64,000 bases of DNA from Candidatus Poribacteria bacterium (GTDB lineage: Bacteria; Poribacteria; WGA-4E; PCPOR2b), in assembly GCA_965198175.1 (NCBI GenBank), contig OZ240245.1, positions 832,001-896,000 on the forward strand, given 5' to 3'. Positions within the stretch are counted from its first letter, which is position 1; every line of letters starts with the position of its first letter. Made by a program: the position numbers and the translations under genes. This document shows, piece by piece, positions 30,032-38,792 of the stretch. The notes beneath the pieces are model-generated. The model did no database searches. It saw only the letters and a list, made by a program, of their open reading frames with translations, and had not been told where the DNA came from.

Positions 30032-31204
30032 TCAGTTGAAATCAAAAACTGCGGGGTCCTCTGAATCTTCTTCTTGAATCGTGTCTTCGCTCTGATCTGC
30101 GCCGTTGGACGGAGTTTCAGCTTGTTCAACCGAGGTCTCAGAAGAAGTTTCCAGCTTGGGAGAACGTCCACCGAGGATGGTAAGCGTTACAATTGCTAGC
30201 ACGGACAAGCTGGTAATTGTGAGTACAACCGGACGTTTTCGCAGGGGAACCCTCTCACGCTTATCCAAAAAGGGCAGGAGCAGAAGGAGGAGGATAGCAA
30301 CTGTAGGAATCACGACAGTGCCAATCACTTCAAGCGGTCCCTCGAAATATTTGAGCAATTGAAACAGAAACAGGAAATACCACTCTGGACGTGGGTCATA
30401 ACTGGCATCCGTCGAATTGGCGGGTTCTTCGAGCGGCACAGGAACAAAAATCGCCGTTGCTGCGAGAACAATGAATAATACCAAAATAGCAACTGTGTCT
30501 TCAAAGAGCTGATCCGGATAAAAGGGTTTGCCACCGTGCATTTCTTCAGGTCTATTTTGGGGCAATCCGGAGGAGCCGTAATAGCGCACGAAAAACAGAT
30601 GGAGCCCAACGAGCACAAAGACGAGCCACGGCAGCCAGATAGTATGGAGAGTGTAAAATCGTGTCAAGGTGACCGCCCCGACCTCTTCTCCGCCGCGAAG
30701 AATTTTTGCGACGAAGTCCCCTACCAACGGTACTGTGCCCGCAATCTCCACACCGACCATCGTTGCCCAGTAAGCCTTTTGGTCCCAGGGCAGCAAATAA
30801 CCTGTGAAACCAAATCCCAACACCACCAGAAACAGAGTTACTCCGACCATCCACGTTAGTTCCCTCGGGGCTTTGTAGGAACCGTAAAGTACAACCCGCA
30901 GGAGGTGTAGAAACACGACAATCACCAGTGCACTCGAACCCCAATGATGTAAGCCGCGGACGAAGGCGCCGAAGGGAACTTCCTGACTGATATAGGTCAC
31001 CGCATCATAAGCGTGGTCGGGTGAGGGCGAATAATAAAGCGCCAAGAACGCTCCAGTGACAGCTTGAAGAATCAGAAGGAAGGTTGCCATACTCCCCAAA
31101 GAAAAGAGCCAGTTAATATGTTTTGGAAGCGGTTTTTTGAGATGATTTCCCATATCTCTTAAGGGGAGGCGCGATTCCAAAAATGTGGCGATCCTACATC
31201 TCAC
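30032..31204 (-). CDS. Cytochrome b of a Rieske/cytb complex (b6-like fused to subunit IV-like part)
   Basis: RGLHHWG..FLHL, GYLLPWDQKAYW, FYTLH..GLH, PFYP, PEWY. Confidence 0.93.
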   Translation of the reverse strand: MRCRIATFLESRLPLRDMGNHLKKPLPKHINWLFSLGSMATFLLILQAVTGAFLALYYSPSPDHAYDAVTYISQEVPFGAFVRGLHHWGSSALVIVVFLHLLRVVLYGSYKAPRELTWMVGVTLFLVVLGFGFTGYLLPWDQKAYWATMVGVEIAGTVPLVGDFVAKILRGGEEVGAVTLTRFYTLHTIWLPWLVFVLVGLHLFFVRYYGSSGLPQNRPEEMHGGKPFYPDQLFEDTVAILVLFIVLAATAIFVPVPLEEPANSTDASYDPRPEWYFLFLFQLLKYFEGPLEVIGTVVIPTVAILLLLLLPFLDKRERVPLRKRPVVLTITSLSVLAIVTLTILGGRSPKLETSSETSVEQAETPSNGADQSEDTIQEEDSEDPAVFDFN

Positions 31205-31207
31205 CTG

Positions 31208-31693
31208 CTATACCTCCCTGACGTACAGTATGCCATTTTCCACCTTGACCGACCGCCGCTCCAACGGGCGTGGAGGTGGTCCAGCGATGACATTCCCCGC
31301 TTCGTCAAAGACACCCCCGTGACACGGGCAGTGGAACTGTCCTTTCTTTTCGTCCCATCGGACAAGACAGCCGAGATGCGTGCAGACGCGAGAAAATACC
31401 ACAAAGCTCCCGTTGCCTTCATCTGTCACATACACGGAGCGTTCTCTATTCGCCTCAACCCATCCATCTTTGGATAGAAAAGTGTAGTTAATCTTCTTGT
31501 GGCGGACCCCTTCAAGCAGATCGACAAGCCCCAAATCAACCCATTTTTTTGTGCTCTTCTTGAACGCCGGGGAAATCGCGGAACCGATTAACGGCACCGC
31601 CATCGCCAAGCTAATGACACCGCTGATGAATGAGATGCCGGTTTTGAAGAAGGCGCGTCGTTTGGATTGTCCATCATGTGTTTCAGAAGTCAT
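31208..31693 (-). CDS. Rieske 2Fe-2S subunit
   Basis: Tat motif KRRAFFK plus TM; CTHLGC and CPCHGG; GPPPRPL. Confidence 0.95.
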   Translation of the reverse strand: MTSETHDGQSKRRAFFKTGISFISGVISLAMAVPLIGSAISPAFKKSTKKWVDLGLVDLLEGVRHKKINYTFLSKDGWVEANRERSVYVTDEGNGSFVVFSRVCTHLGCLVRWDEKKGQFHCPCHGGVFDEAGNVIAGPPPRPLERRSVKVENGILYVREV

Positions 31694-31709
31694 TTATACT
31701 TCTTCTCCG

Positions 31710-32705
31710 TTATTTTTCTTCCTTCAAATCCTCGTCTAAGTCAATTTCGTCTACGCTGAATCGAAGATGAGCTTGGTTGACCACATCAAGGATGTCCTGC
31801 CACTGTTTTTTAGTATTTTCAGATACGCCGTCTTTTTCGAGCGCTTCGGCGAATTCATTGAGTGCATCGTGGACCTTTTTCTGTAAATACAGGTATTCGT
31901 CCTCGCTATTCGGATTTTTCGGCGGCTCAAAATCGGCGATTAGCTTCGCATATTTCCCGAGCTGTTTTGCCGCATTTATCGCATCGGCTTTATTTCCGCC
32001 GGTTTTGAAGTATTCCCGAATCACAATGTAAGATTCGTGCATCTCGTGCATTAACGCGTCGAGATCTTCAATTTCATCAGCTTCATCCCCATCGTCGTGA
32101 CTATGTTCGTGGGGATGCCCATCCATATCCGATTTTGGCTCTTCCTTCTTTTTGAAAAAGAGCGCGTAGCTCATCGCCAAGGTTTTTTGAGGCATCATCG
32201 CAGCGGCTTGAGAAGCTTTCTCCTCCCCTTCGACTGGTTTAATGTCCTCGCCGACCTTAAATTTGTCGTTGATACCCTTGCCGATGAATTGCGAAAGGAA
32301 CTCTTTCGCAGCGATTTTGGAAGTTTCTTTGTGCTTGTAAACTTCGACCTTAACCACCTTTCCGCTCATGTTTAGTCCAACCCCGCCGCTCATAATTCCG
32401 TGCGGTCCTTGGACCTTGACGAATCGGATTAACCCCATCGGCTTCTTTTTGTCGTTGAACGCGATGTAAAAGATTGGGTTGCGGTCTTCGTCGAGTAACT
32501 TCACGCCAATCTTTTTTTCGATGGCGGCGGCTTTATCTGCGGACAATGTCACCTTCTTCTCCTCAAATCTCTCCGCCTTCTGAAACATGGAAGCCAATCT
32601 CTTATTGGATAAAGCCTCCTCATCTGCCCACGTGATGTTCATGTTGACGAATGGAAACACCCCCCACAGGGCGATGAGGCAAATTACCACGTCCCTTGAT
32701 TTCAT
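31710..32705 (-). CDS. Secreted FMN-binding-like domain protein with His-rich linker and helical b562-like C-terminal domain
   Basis: Signal peptide; FLSQFIGK..KVGEDI resembles FMN_bind; linker HPHEHSH; four predicted helices ending VNQAHLRF. Confidence 0.6.
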   Translation of the reverse strand: MKSRDVVICLIALWGVFPFVNMNITWADEEALSNKRLASMFQKAERFEEKKVTLSADKAAAIEKKIGVKLLDEDRNPIFYIAFNDKKKPMGLIRFVKVQGPHGIMSGGVGLNMSGKVVKVEVYKHKETSKIAAKEFLSQFIGKGINDKFKVGEDIKPVEGEEKASQAAAMMPQKTLAMSYALFFKKKEEPKSDMDGHPHEHSHDDGDEADEIEDLDALMHEMHESYIVIREYFKTGGNKADAINAAKQLGKYAKLIADFEPPKNPNSEDEYLYLQKKVHDALNEFAEALEKDGVSENTKKQWQDILDVVNQAHLRFSVDEIDLDEDLKEEK

Positions 32706-32809
32706 CTTCTCCCCCTCTAAATCGTTGAAAGTTTAAGTCTGCGACACTGCTTCAGATATTGTAACAATATCTCCCTTGATTTCTCAACCCCAATCCTATG
32801 TGTCGAATC

Positions 32810-32892
32810 AATAAACGGAGCGATGCGGTATGTTCTTCGGACAGTGGTGAAGTCCTCCGTATCTTCCCTCAAGAAGGCAGACTTCCCCACGC
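32810..32892. other. Structured non-coding element, copy 1 (copy 2 at 47069-47163)
   Basis: AATAAACGGAG...GGACAGTGGTGAAGTC...CTCCGTAT...CTCAAG...GACTTCCCCACGC with two interleaved inverted repeats. Confidence 0.6.
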
Positions 32893-33063
32893 CTTATATT
32901 TACGCAATTTTCAGAATAGGGCTTGACTTTCGAAAGCCGCAGATTACAAAGGTTCTCCCCCTTAGCAAGAGGGGAGTGCATCCCAAACCAGGCAAGGGGA
33001 GTCATGCTTTACTTGGCGCCTCAGTTCATCTTGAGTCTTTTAAGCTAAAAACCGATAATTTCG

Positions 33064-33695
33064 TTATTGTTTTGCCTTCACTTCACCCCAGCTAACGATA
33101 CGCTTACCGACGGGCGACACAGAGAGCGCAAAGGCGGGGTCAAACCAAGATGCTCTACGAAAACCGTCTCCCGCTCGGAATAAAACACAATTTTCTCACC
33201 GTCAGGCGACCACGCCGGATAGCGGTCATGCGCTAGATGCTTTGTCAGGCGGCGTCGATTTGTCCCATCAGCGTTCATGACATAAATGTCGGCTTTTCCG
33301 TTCTTTCTTGAAGATTCAAAGACCATCTTCTTCCCATCAGGAGACCACTCAGCAGGAGGATTGTTTTGACCTACGGGTGTCAGGTAGCGTTGATTTTTCC
33401 CATCGGCGTCCATCACGTAGAGTCCACTGCCCTCTGGTCGAGAAGAATAAAAAGCGATTCGCCGCCCGTCGGGCGACCATGCTGGCGCGTAGCCACCACC
33501 AGGATGATTGGTTAGATTGCGCTGATTTTTCCCATCGGCGTGCATCACGTAGATTTCGTCGTTGCCACCCCTAAACGAGGTGAAGGCAATTTTAGGCGTT
33601 CTGGGCGCCTGACCCCACCCATCGGCGGATAATATGGCACTGCCAAAAAAGACTGAGAAAATAATAACGATGGTAGACCAACGCACTCGATTCAT
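33064..33695 (-). pseudogene. TolB-like PD40-repeat protein, frameshifted near 33150
   Basis: PD40 repeats PAWSPDG..IAF.S; the family-type C-terminus WFDPAFALSVSPVGKRIVSWGEVKAKQ* lies in another frame ending at 33064. Confidence 0.7.
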
Positions 33696-33910
33696 CCCTC
33701 CGTTCTGTCGGCAAACCGAGCTATTGTTGCGCCCGTGTTTGGATCGGCGAACTCAAGGCGATTAGAGAGGACGCGCAAAATCCTGCCATCTGGCAAGAAG
33801 GTAATTTCCCTAAGTTCACCTTTTCCCAACGAGCCGATGGGCTGGATGTCGGCAAAAACGACTGAAGTTATCGTCAGGCAGAAAATTATTGTGAATACTG
33901 TCTTCAACAT
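33692..33910 (-). pseudogene. N-terminal remnant of a secreted WD40-type protein
   Basis: Signal peptide plus IGSLGKG..ITFLPDG, similar to the N-cap of neighbouring WD40 proteins; stops after about 72 aa, overlapping the next start. Confidence 0.55.
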
Positions 33911-33972
33911 GGGTTGTGAACCGTGATACTCAAAACATAATTCGCACAATAGTTGGTGAATGCGTCAATCTC

Positions 33973-36171
33973 CTATTTGACAATCACCATCCGCCGAAAC
34001 GCTGTATAATCGTCCGCACGGAGTTGATAGTAATAGGTACCGCTTGTGACGAGTTCTCCGTTTTGGTTACGACCGTCCCAATACGCTGCTTTTGCTTTAT
34101 CTCGGTAGACGCCCGACTTTTGACGTCCAATGTCAAGTGTGCGGACGATATGACCGCGCTGGTCATAAATACTCAAGCTCACGTGTGCATCGTCTGCTAA
34201 CTGATACGGTATCCAAGTTTCGGGGTTGAACGGATTCGGATAATTCTGCAGCAATGCCGTCCGTTTGATTTGTCCTAGGGTCGTAGTGTGTCTTCCCAAC
34301 GGTTCCACCCCAACCCCAACGCCGCTTGAAGAGTCAAGTTCCCACAGCAACACGGTGCCGTTCCGACTCCCACTAGCGATTGTGCGTCCATCGGGACTGA
34401 ACGCAACGCTTTCGACCCCAAACGTATGCCCGGTGAGCGTTCGCAGGTGTTCTCCTGTATCGGCGTCCCACAGAATGATGGTATCCTCGCTCCAACCCCC
34501 ACTTGCGATTGTGCGTCCATTGGGACTGAACGCTACGGTTTTGACCCCAAACCTATGCCCTGTGAGCGTTCGCAGATGTTTACCTGTATCGGCGTCCCAC
34601 AGGCGGATGGTACCGTCCCAACTCCCGCTAACGATAGTATTTCCATCAGGACTGAACGCCACGCTTTCGACTGGAGCTGTATGCCCGTTGAGTGTCCGGC
34701 GGTGTTTTCCTGTATCAGCGTTCCACAGTCGGATGGTATTGTCCTCGCTTCCACTAGCGATGGTGTGACCATCGGGACTGAACGCGACGCTTAGGACGAT
34801 CCATGTATGCCCCTTGAGCGTTTGCTGGTGTTCTCCGGTATCAACGTTCCACAGACGGATATCTTCCCAATTCCCGCTAGCGATGGTGTTTCCATCGGGA
34901 CTAAACGCAACGCTGGATACCCGACCTGTGAGTGTTTTCTGGTGTTTTCCGGTATCAGCGTCCCACAGCCGGATGGTACGGTCCCAACTCCCACTTGCAA
35001 TGGTACGTCCATCGGGACTGAAGGCAACGCTAGAGACCCAACCCGTATGTCCAGTTAGCGTTCGCAGGAGTTTTCCTGTATCGGCGTCCCACAGATGAAT
35101 GGTATCGTCCCGACTCCCACTGGCGATGGTGCCGTCATTGGGACTGAACACCACACTATCGACCCAACTCGCATGCCCGATGAGCGTTTGCCGGCGATTT
35201 CCAGTATCGGCGTCCCACAATCGGACGGAATCCCCGCTCCCACTAGCGATTGTACGTCCATCGGGACTGAAGGCAACGCTAGAGACCCCAAACGTAAACG
35301 TATGTCCGGTGTGCAGGGTTTGCAGGAGTTTTGCCGTACCGGCATCCCACAGACGGATCCAACGCCCAGCACTAGCAATGGTGTGTCCATCAGGACTGAA
35401 GGCGACGCTTTTGACCCAACCCGTTCTAGCGAGCGTTCGCACGTGTTTACCCGTTTCGGCGTTCCATAGACGGATAGTATTGTCCCAACTTCCGCTAGCC
35501 ATGGTATACCCATCAGAGCTGAAGGCAACGCTATTGACCGGCCCCGCGTGCCCCTTGAGAGTATGCAAGAGTTTTCCTGTATGGGCGTCCCACAGCCGGA
35601 TTGGATAATCCCGACTCCCACTAGCGATGGTACGTCCATCAGGGCTGAAGGCAACGCTCGTGACCCAACTCGCATGCCCTTCGAGTGTCTGCAGGTGTTT
35701 TCCCGTATCTGCGGCCCACAGTCGGATGGTAGCATCCTCGCTCCCACTAGCGATAGTGTCGCCATCAGGGCTGAAGGCAACGCTCAAAACCTCAGACGTG
35801 TGCCCCTTGAGTGTTCGCAAGAGATTCCCTGTGTCGACATCCCACAGACAGATGGAACGATCCCCACTCCCGCTTGCGATGGTGTGTCCATCAGGACTGA
35901 ACGCAACGCTCAAGACCGCACCCATATGCCCGGTAAGCAGGGCAACCTCTTGATGGGTTGCCGTATCGTAGAGCCAAATACCGATACTACTTGCAACTAC
36001 AAGTCGAGTGCCGTCGGGCGAATACTGTACTTCATTTATCCTACCCTTACCGAGCCGCGCTTTAGCGCCATCGGGCAGCCCCCATTGCGGAGAATCTTGG
36101 GCGAAGCTGTGCGGTAAACATAGAGCGGAAACGAATAATAGGCTAAACTTGAGAAACATCGCTTTCTTCAT
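33973..36171 (-). CDS. Secreted WD40-repeat protein with C-terminal FlgD_Ig/T9SS-like domain (paralog 1)
   Basis: Signal peptide, QDSPQWGLPDGAKARLGKG, about 13 42-aa WD40 repeats, LLQNYPNPFNPETWIPY...YWDGRN..GE.V.SG.Y tail. Start MKKAMF after GGAGG. Confidence 0.93.
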   Translation of the reverse strand: MKKAMFLKFSLLFVSALCLPHSFAQDSPQWGLPDGAKARLGKGRINEVQYSPDGTRLVVASSIGIWLYDTATHQEVALLTGHMGAVLSVAFSPDGHTIASGSGDRSICLWDVDTGNLLRTLKGHTSEVLSVAFSPDGDTIASGSEDATIRLWAADTGKHLQTLEGHASWVTSVAFSPDGRTIASGSRDYPIRLWDAHTGKLLHTLKGHAGPVNSVAFSSDGYTMASGSWDNTIRLWNAETGKHVRTLARTGWVKSVAFSPDGHTIASAGRWIRLWDAGTAKLLQTLHTGHTFTFGVSSVAFSPDGRTIASGSGDSVRLWDADTGNRRQTLIGHASWVDSVVFSPNDGTIASGSRDDTIHLWDADTGKLLRTLTGHTGWVSSVAFSPDGRTIASGSWDRTIRLWDADTGKHQKTLTGRVSSVAFSPDGNTIASGNWEDIRLWNVDTGEHQQTLKGHTWIVLSVAFSPDGHTIASGSEDNTIRLWNADTGKHRRTLNGHTAPVESVAFSPDGNTIVSGSWDGTIRLWDADTGKHLRTLTGHRFGVKTVAFSPNGRTIASGGWSEDTIILWDADTGEHLRTLTGHTFGVESVAFSPDGRTIASGSRNGTVLLWELDSSSGVGVGVEPLGRHTTTLGQIKRTALLQNYPNPFNPETWIPYQLADDAHVSLSIYDQRGHIVRTLDIGRQKSGVYRDKAKAAYWDGRNQNGELVTSGTYYYQLRADDYTAFRRMVIVK

Positions 36172-36452
36172 GACATGCCTCCGTGGCAAACAGTCTTTTA
36201 CCATTTCAGAAATTGGGAAGCCGACGATACACGGTTCTTGATTTATCATTCACTTCACGAACAAACACGTTGTGATGTTGGCAAACAACCATAAAACTAT
36301 CGCAGTCGCTATTCGCGCCTCTGTTCGCTCACCCACGCCGCTCAACCCAACCTATGTGCTGGTACGCTCAGTCGCATCTAATCATCTCACTCGCAGTAAC
36401 TTCTGAATCCAGTTTTTAGAAAAACTCGGTTTCTCACCCCAATTGCGTAGTG

Positions 36453-38687
36453 CTACTTGACAATCACCATCCGCCGTAACGCGGTGTATTCACCCGCTCG
36501 AAGTTGATAGAAATAGGTTCCGCTTGTAACGGGTTCTCCGTTTTGGTTAAGACCGTCCCAATACGCTGCTTTTGCTTTATCTCGGTAGACGCCCGACTTT
36601 TGACGTCCAATGTCGAGGGGGCGGACGACATGACCGCGCTGGTCATAAATGGTCAAGGTCACGAGGACATCATTTGCCAACTGGTATGGTATCCATGTTT
36701 CGGGGTTGAACGGATTCGGGTAATTTTGCAGCAAAGCCGTCCGTTTGATGTTTCCCAGCGTCGTTAGATGATTTTCCAATGGTTCCACCCCGACCCCAAC
36801 GTCGGTTGAAGTGGTAAGTTCCCACAGCAACACGGTGCCGTCCCGACTTCCATCCCCATTCCAACCACCACCGCTAGCGAGTGTGTTGCCGTCAGGACTG
36901 AACGCAACACTAAAGACCCAATCATGTACCCCATCCGTATGTCCGGTAAGCGTTTGCAAGTGTTCTCCTGAATCGGTATCCCACAGACGGATGGATCCCT
37001 CCGTAGTACCGCTTGCGAGTGTACGTCCATCGGGGCTAAACGCTACGCTTTCGACCGGAAGTGTATGCCCTGTTAGTGTTCGTCTGTGATTTCCCGTATC
37101 TGCCTCCCACAGACGGATGGTATCGTCCCCGCTTCCACTGGCGAGTGTGTACCCGTCGGGACTGAAAGCGACGCAAAAAACCCAACGCGTGTGTCCGGAG
37201 AGCGTACGGCGCAGTCTACCGGTAACTGCATTCCACAGACGAATGGTGCCGTCCCCGCTTCCACTAGCGAGTGAGTTTCCATCGGGACTAAACGCGACGC
37301 TATAAACCCAATCTGTATGCCCGATGAGTGTTTGCAGGTGTTCTCCCGTATTGGCGTCCCACAGACGGATGGTATCGTCCCCACTCCCACTTGCGAGTGT
37401 GCGTCCATCGGGACTGAACGCGACGCTATTGACCGTGCTCGTATGTCCCGTAAGCGTGTGCCGGTGATTTCCGGTATCTGTATTCCAGAGGCGAATGGTA
37501 TTGTCCCAACTCCCGCTAGCAAGTGAGTTTCCATCGGGACTGAACGCGACGCTATAAACCCAATCCGTATGTCCGGTGAGCGTACGCTGGTAATTTCCTG
37601 TATCAGCGTTCCAGAGGCGGATGGAATTGTCCCCGCTCCCACTAGCGAGAATGTTTCCACCGGGTCTGAATGCGACGCTGTTGACTGAACCCGGCCTAGT
37701 GAGGGTACGCAGGTGTTTTCCTGTATCAGCGTTCCAGAGGCGGATGGAATTGTCCCCACTCCCACTAGCGAGAATGTTTCCGTCGGGACTAAATGCCACG
37801 CTTCTGACCTCATTCGCATCCCCGTTGAGGGTACGCAGGTGTTTTCCTGTATCAGCGTTCCAGAGACGGATGGTACCGTCCCCACTCCCGCTAGCGAGTG
37901 TGTTTTCATCGGGACTAAATGCCACGCTATGGACCCTAGACACATGCCCGGTGAGAATACGCCGGTGATTTCCGGTATCGACGTCCCACAAACGGATAAT
38001 GGCCCTACCCCCACTAGCGAGTATGTTTCCATCGGGACTGAACGCGACGCTTTCGACCCCAGATTTATTCTGGGTAATCGTTCGCAGGTGTTTTCCTGTA
38101 TCAGCGTTCCAGAGACGGATGGTACCGTCCCCACTCCCGCTAGCGAGTGTGTTTCCGTCGGGGCTGAACGCAACGCTATTGACCGAACCCGTATGCCCGT
38201 CGAGCGTAAGCAGATGCTTTCCAGTGTAGGCATCCCACAGATGGATGTTTTCGTCTTCACCCCCACTTGTGAGTGTTTTTCCATCGGGACTGAATGCAAC
38301 GCTATTGACCGTACCTGTATGCCCGTTGAGCGTACGCAGGTGTTTACCGATACCGGTGTCCCACAATCGGATAGTGTCCCCACCTGCACTAGCGAGTGTG
38401 TTTCCGTCGGGACTGAATGCAACGCTATTGACCGTACCCGTATGCCCCGTAAGCAGCGAGACCTCTTGATGGGTTGCCGTATCGTAGAGCCAAATACCGA
38501 TGCTGCTGCCGACAGCAAGTCGGGTGCCGTCAGGTGAAAATTGTAAATCACTTAACATACCTTTACCAATCCGCACTTTAGCACCTTCCGGTAGACTCCA
38601 TTTCGGAGATTCCTGTGCGAAACTATTCGGTAAAAATAGAGCAGAAACGAACAATAAGCTAAGCTTGAGAATTACCGCCATCTTCAT
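36453..38687 (-). CDS. Secreted WD40-FlgD_Ig protein (paralog 2)
   Basis: Same architecture as paralog 1; GGAGG RBS. Confidence 0.93.
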   Translation of the reverse strand: MKMAVILKLSLLFVSALFLPNSFAQESPKWSLPEGAKVRIGKGMLSDLQFSPDGTRLAVGSSIGIWLYDTATHQEVSLLTGHTGTVNSVAFSPDGNTLASAGGDTIRLWDTGIGKHLRTLNGHTGTVNSVAFSPDGKTLTSGGEDENIHLWDAYTGKHLLTLDGHTGSVNSVAFSPDGNTLASGSGDGTIRLWNADTGKHLRTITQNKSGVESVAFSPDGNILASGGRAIIRLWDVDTGNHRRILTGHVSRVHSVAFSPDENTLASGSGDGTIRLWNADTGKHLRTLNGDANEVRSVAFSPDGNILASGSGDNSIRLWNADTGKHLRTLTRPGSVNSVAFRPGGNILASGSGDNSIRLWNADTGNYQRTLTGHTDWVYSVAFSPDGNSLASGSWDNTIRLWNTDTGNHRHTLTGHTSTVNSVAFSPDGRTLASGSGDDTIRLWDANTGEHLQTLIGHTDWVYSVAFSPDGNSLASGSGDGTIRLWNAVTGRLRRTLSGHTRWVFCVAFSPDGYTLASGSGDDTIRLWEADTGNHRRTLTGHTLPVESVAFSPDGRTLASGTTEGSIRLWDTDSGEHLQTLTGHTDGVHDWVFSVAFSPDGNTLASGGGWNGDGSRDGTVLLWELTTSTDVGVGVEPLENHLTTLGNIKRTALLQNYPNPFNPETWIPYQLANDVLVTLTIYDQRGHVVRPLDIGRQKSGVYRDKAKAAYWDGLNQNGEPVTSGTYFYQLRAGEYTALRRMVIVK

Positions 38688-38792
38688 TGCAATAGCCCTC
38701 CTTGTTTGAGTGTCGCATCTAGTCGTCTCGCCCGGTTTAGTTTCAGAATCCAGTTTTTTAAAAAATTCGGTTTTCGCTCCAACTGTGTGTCG

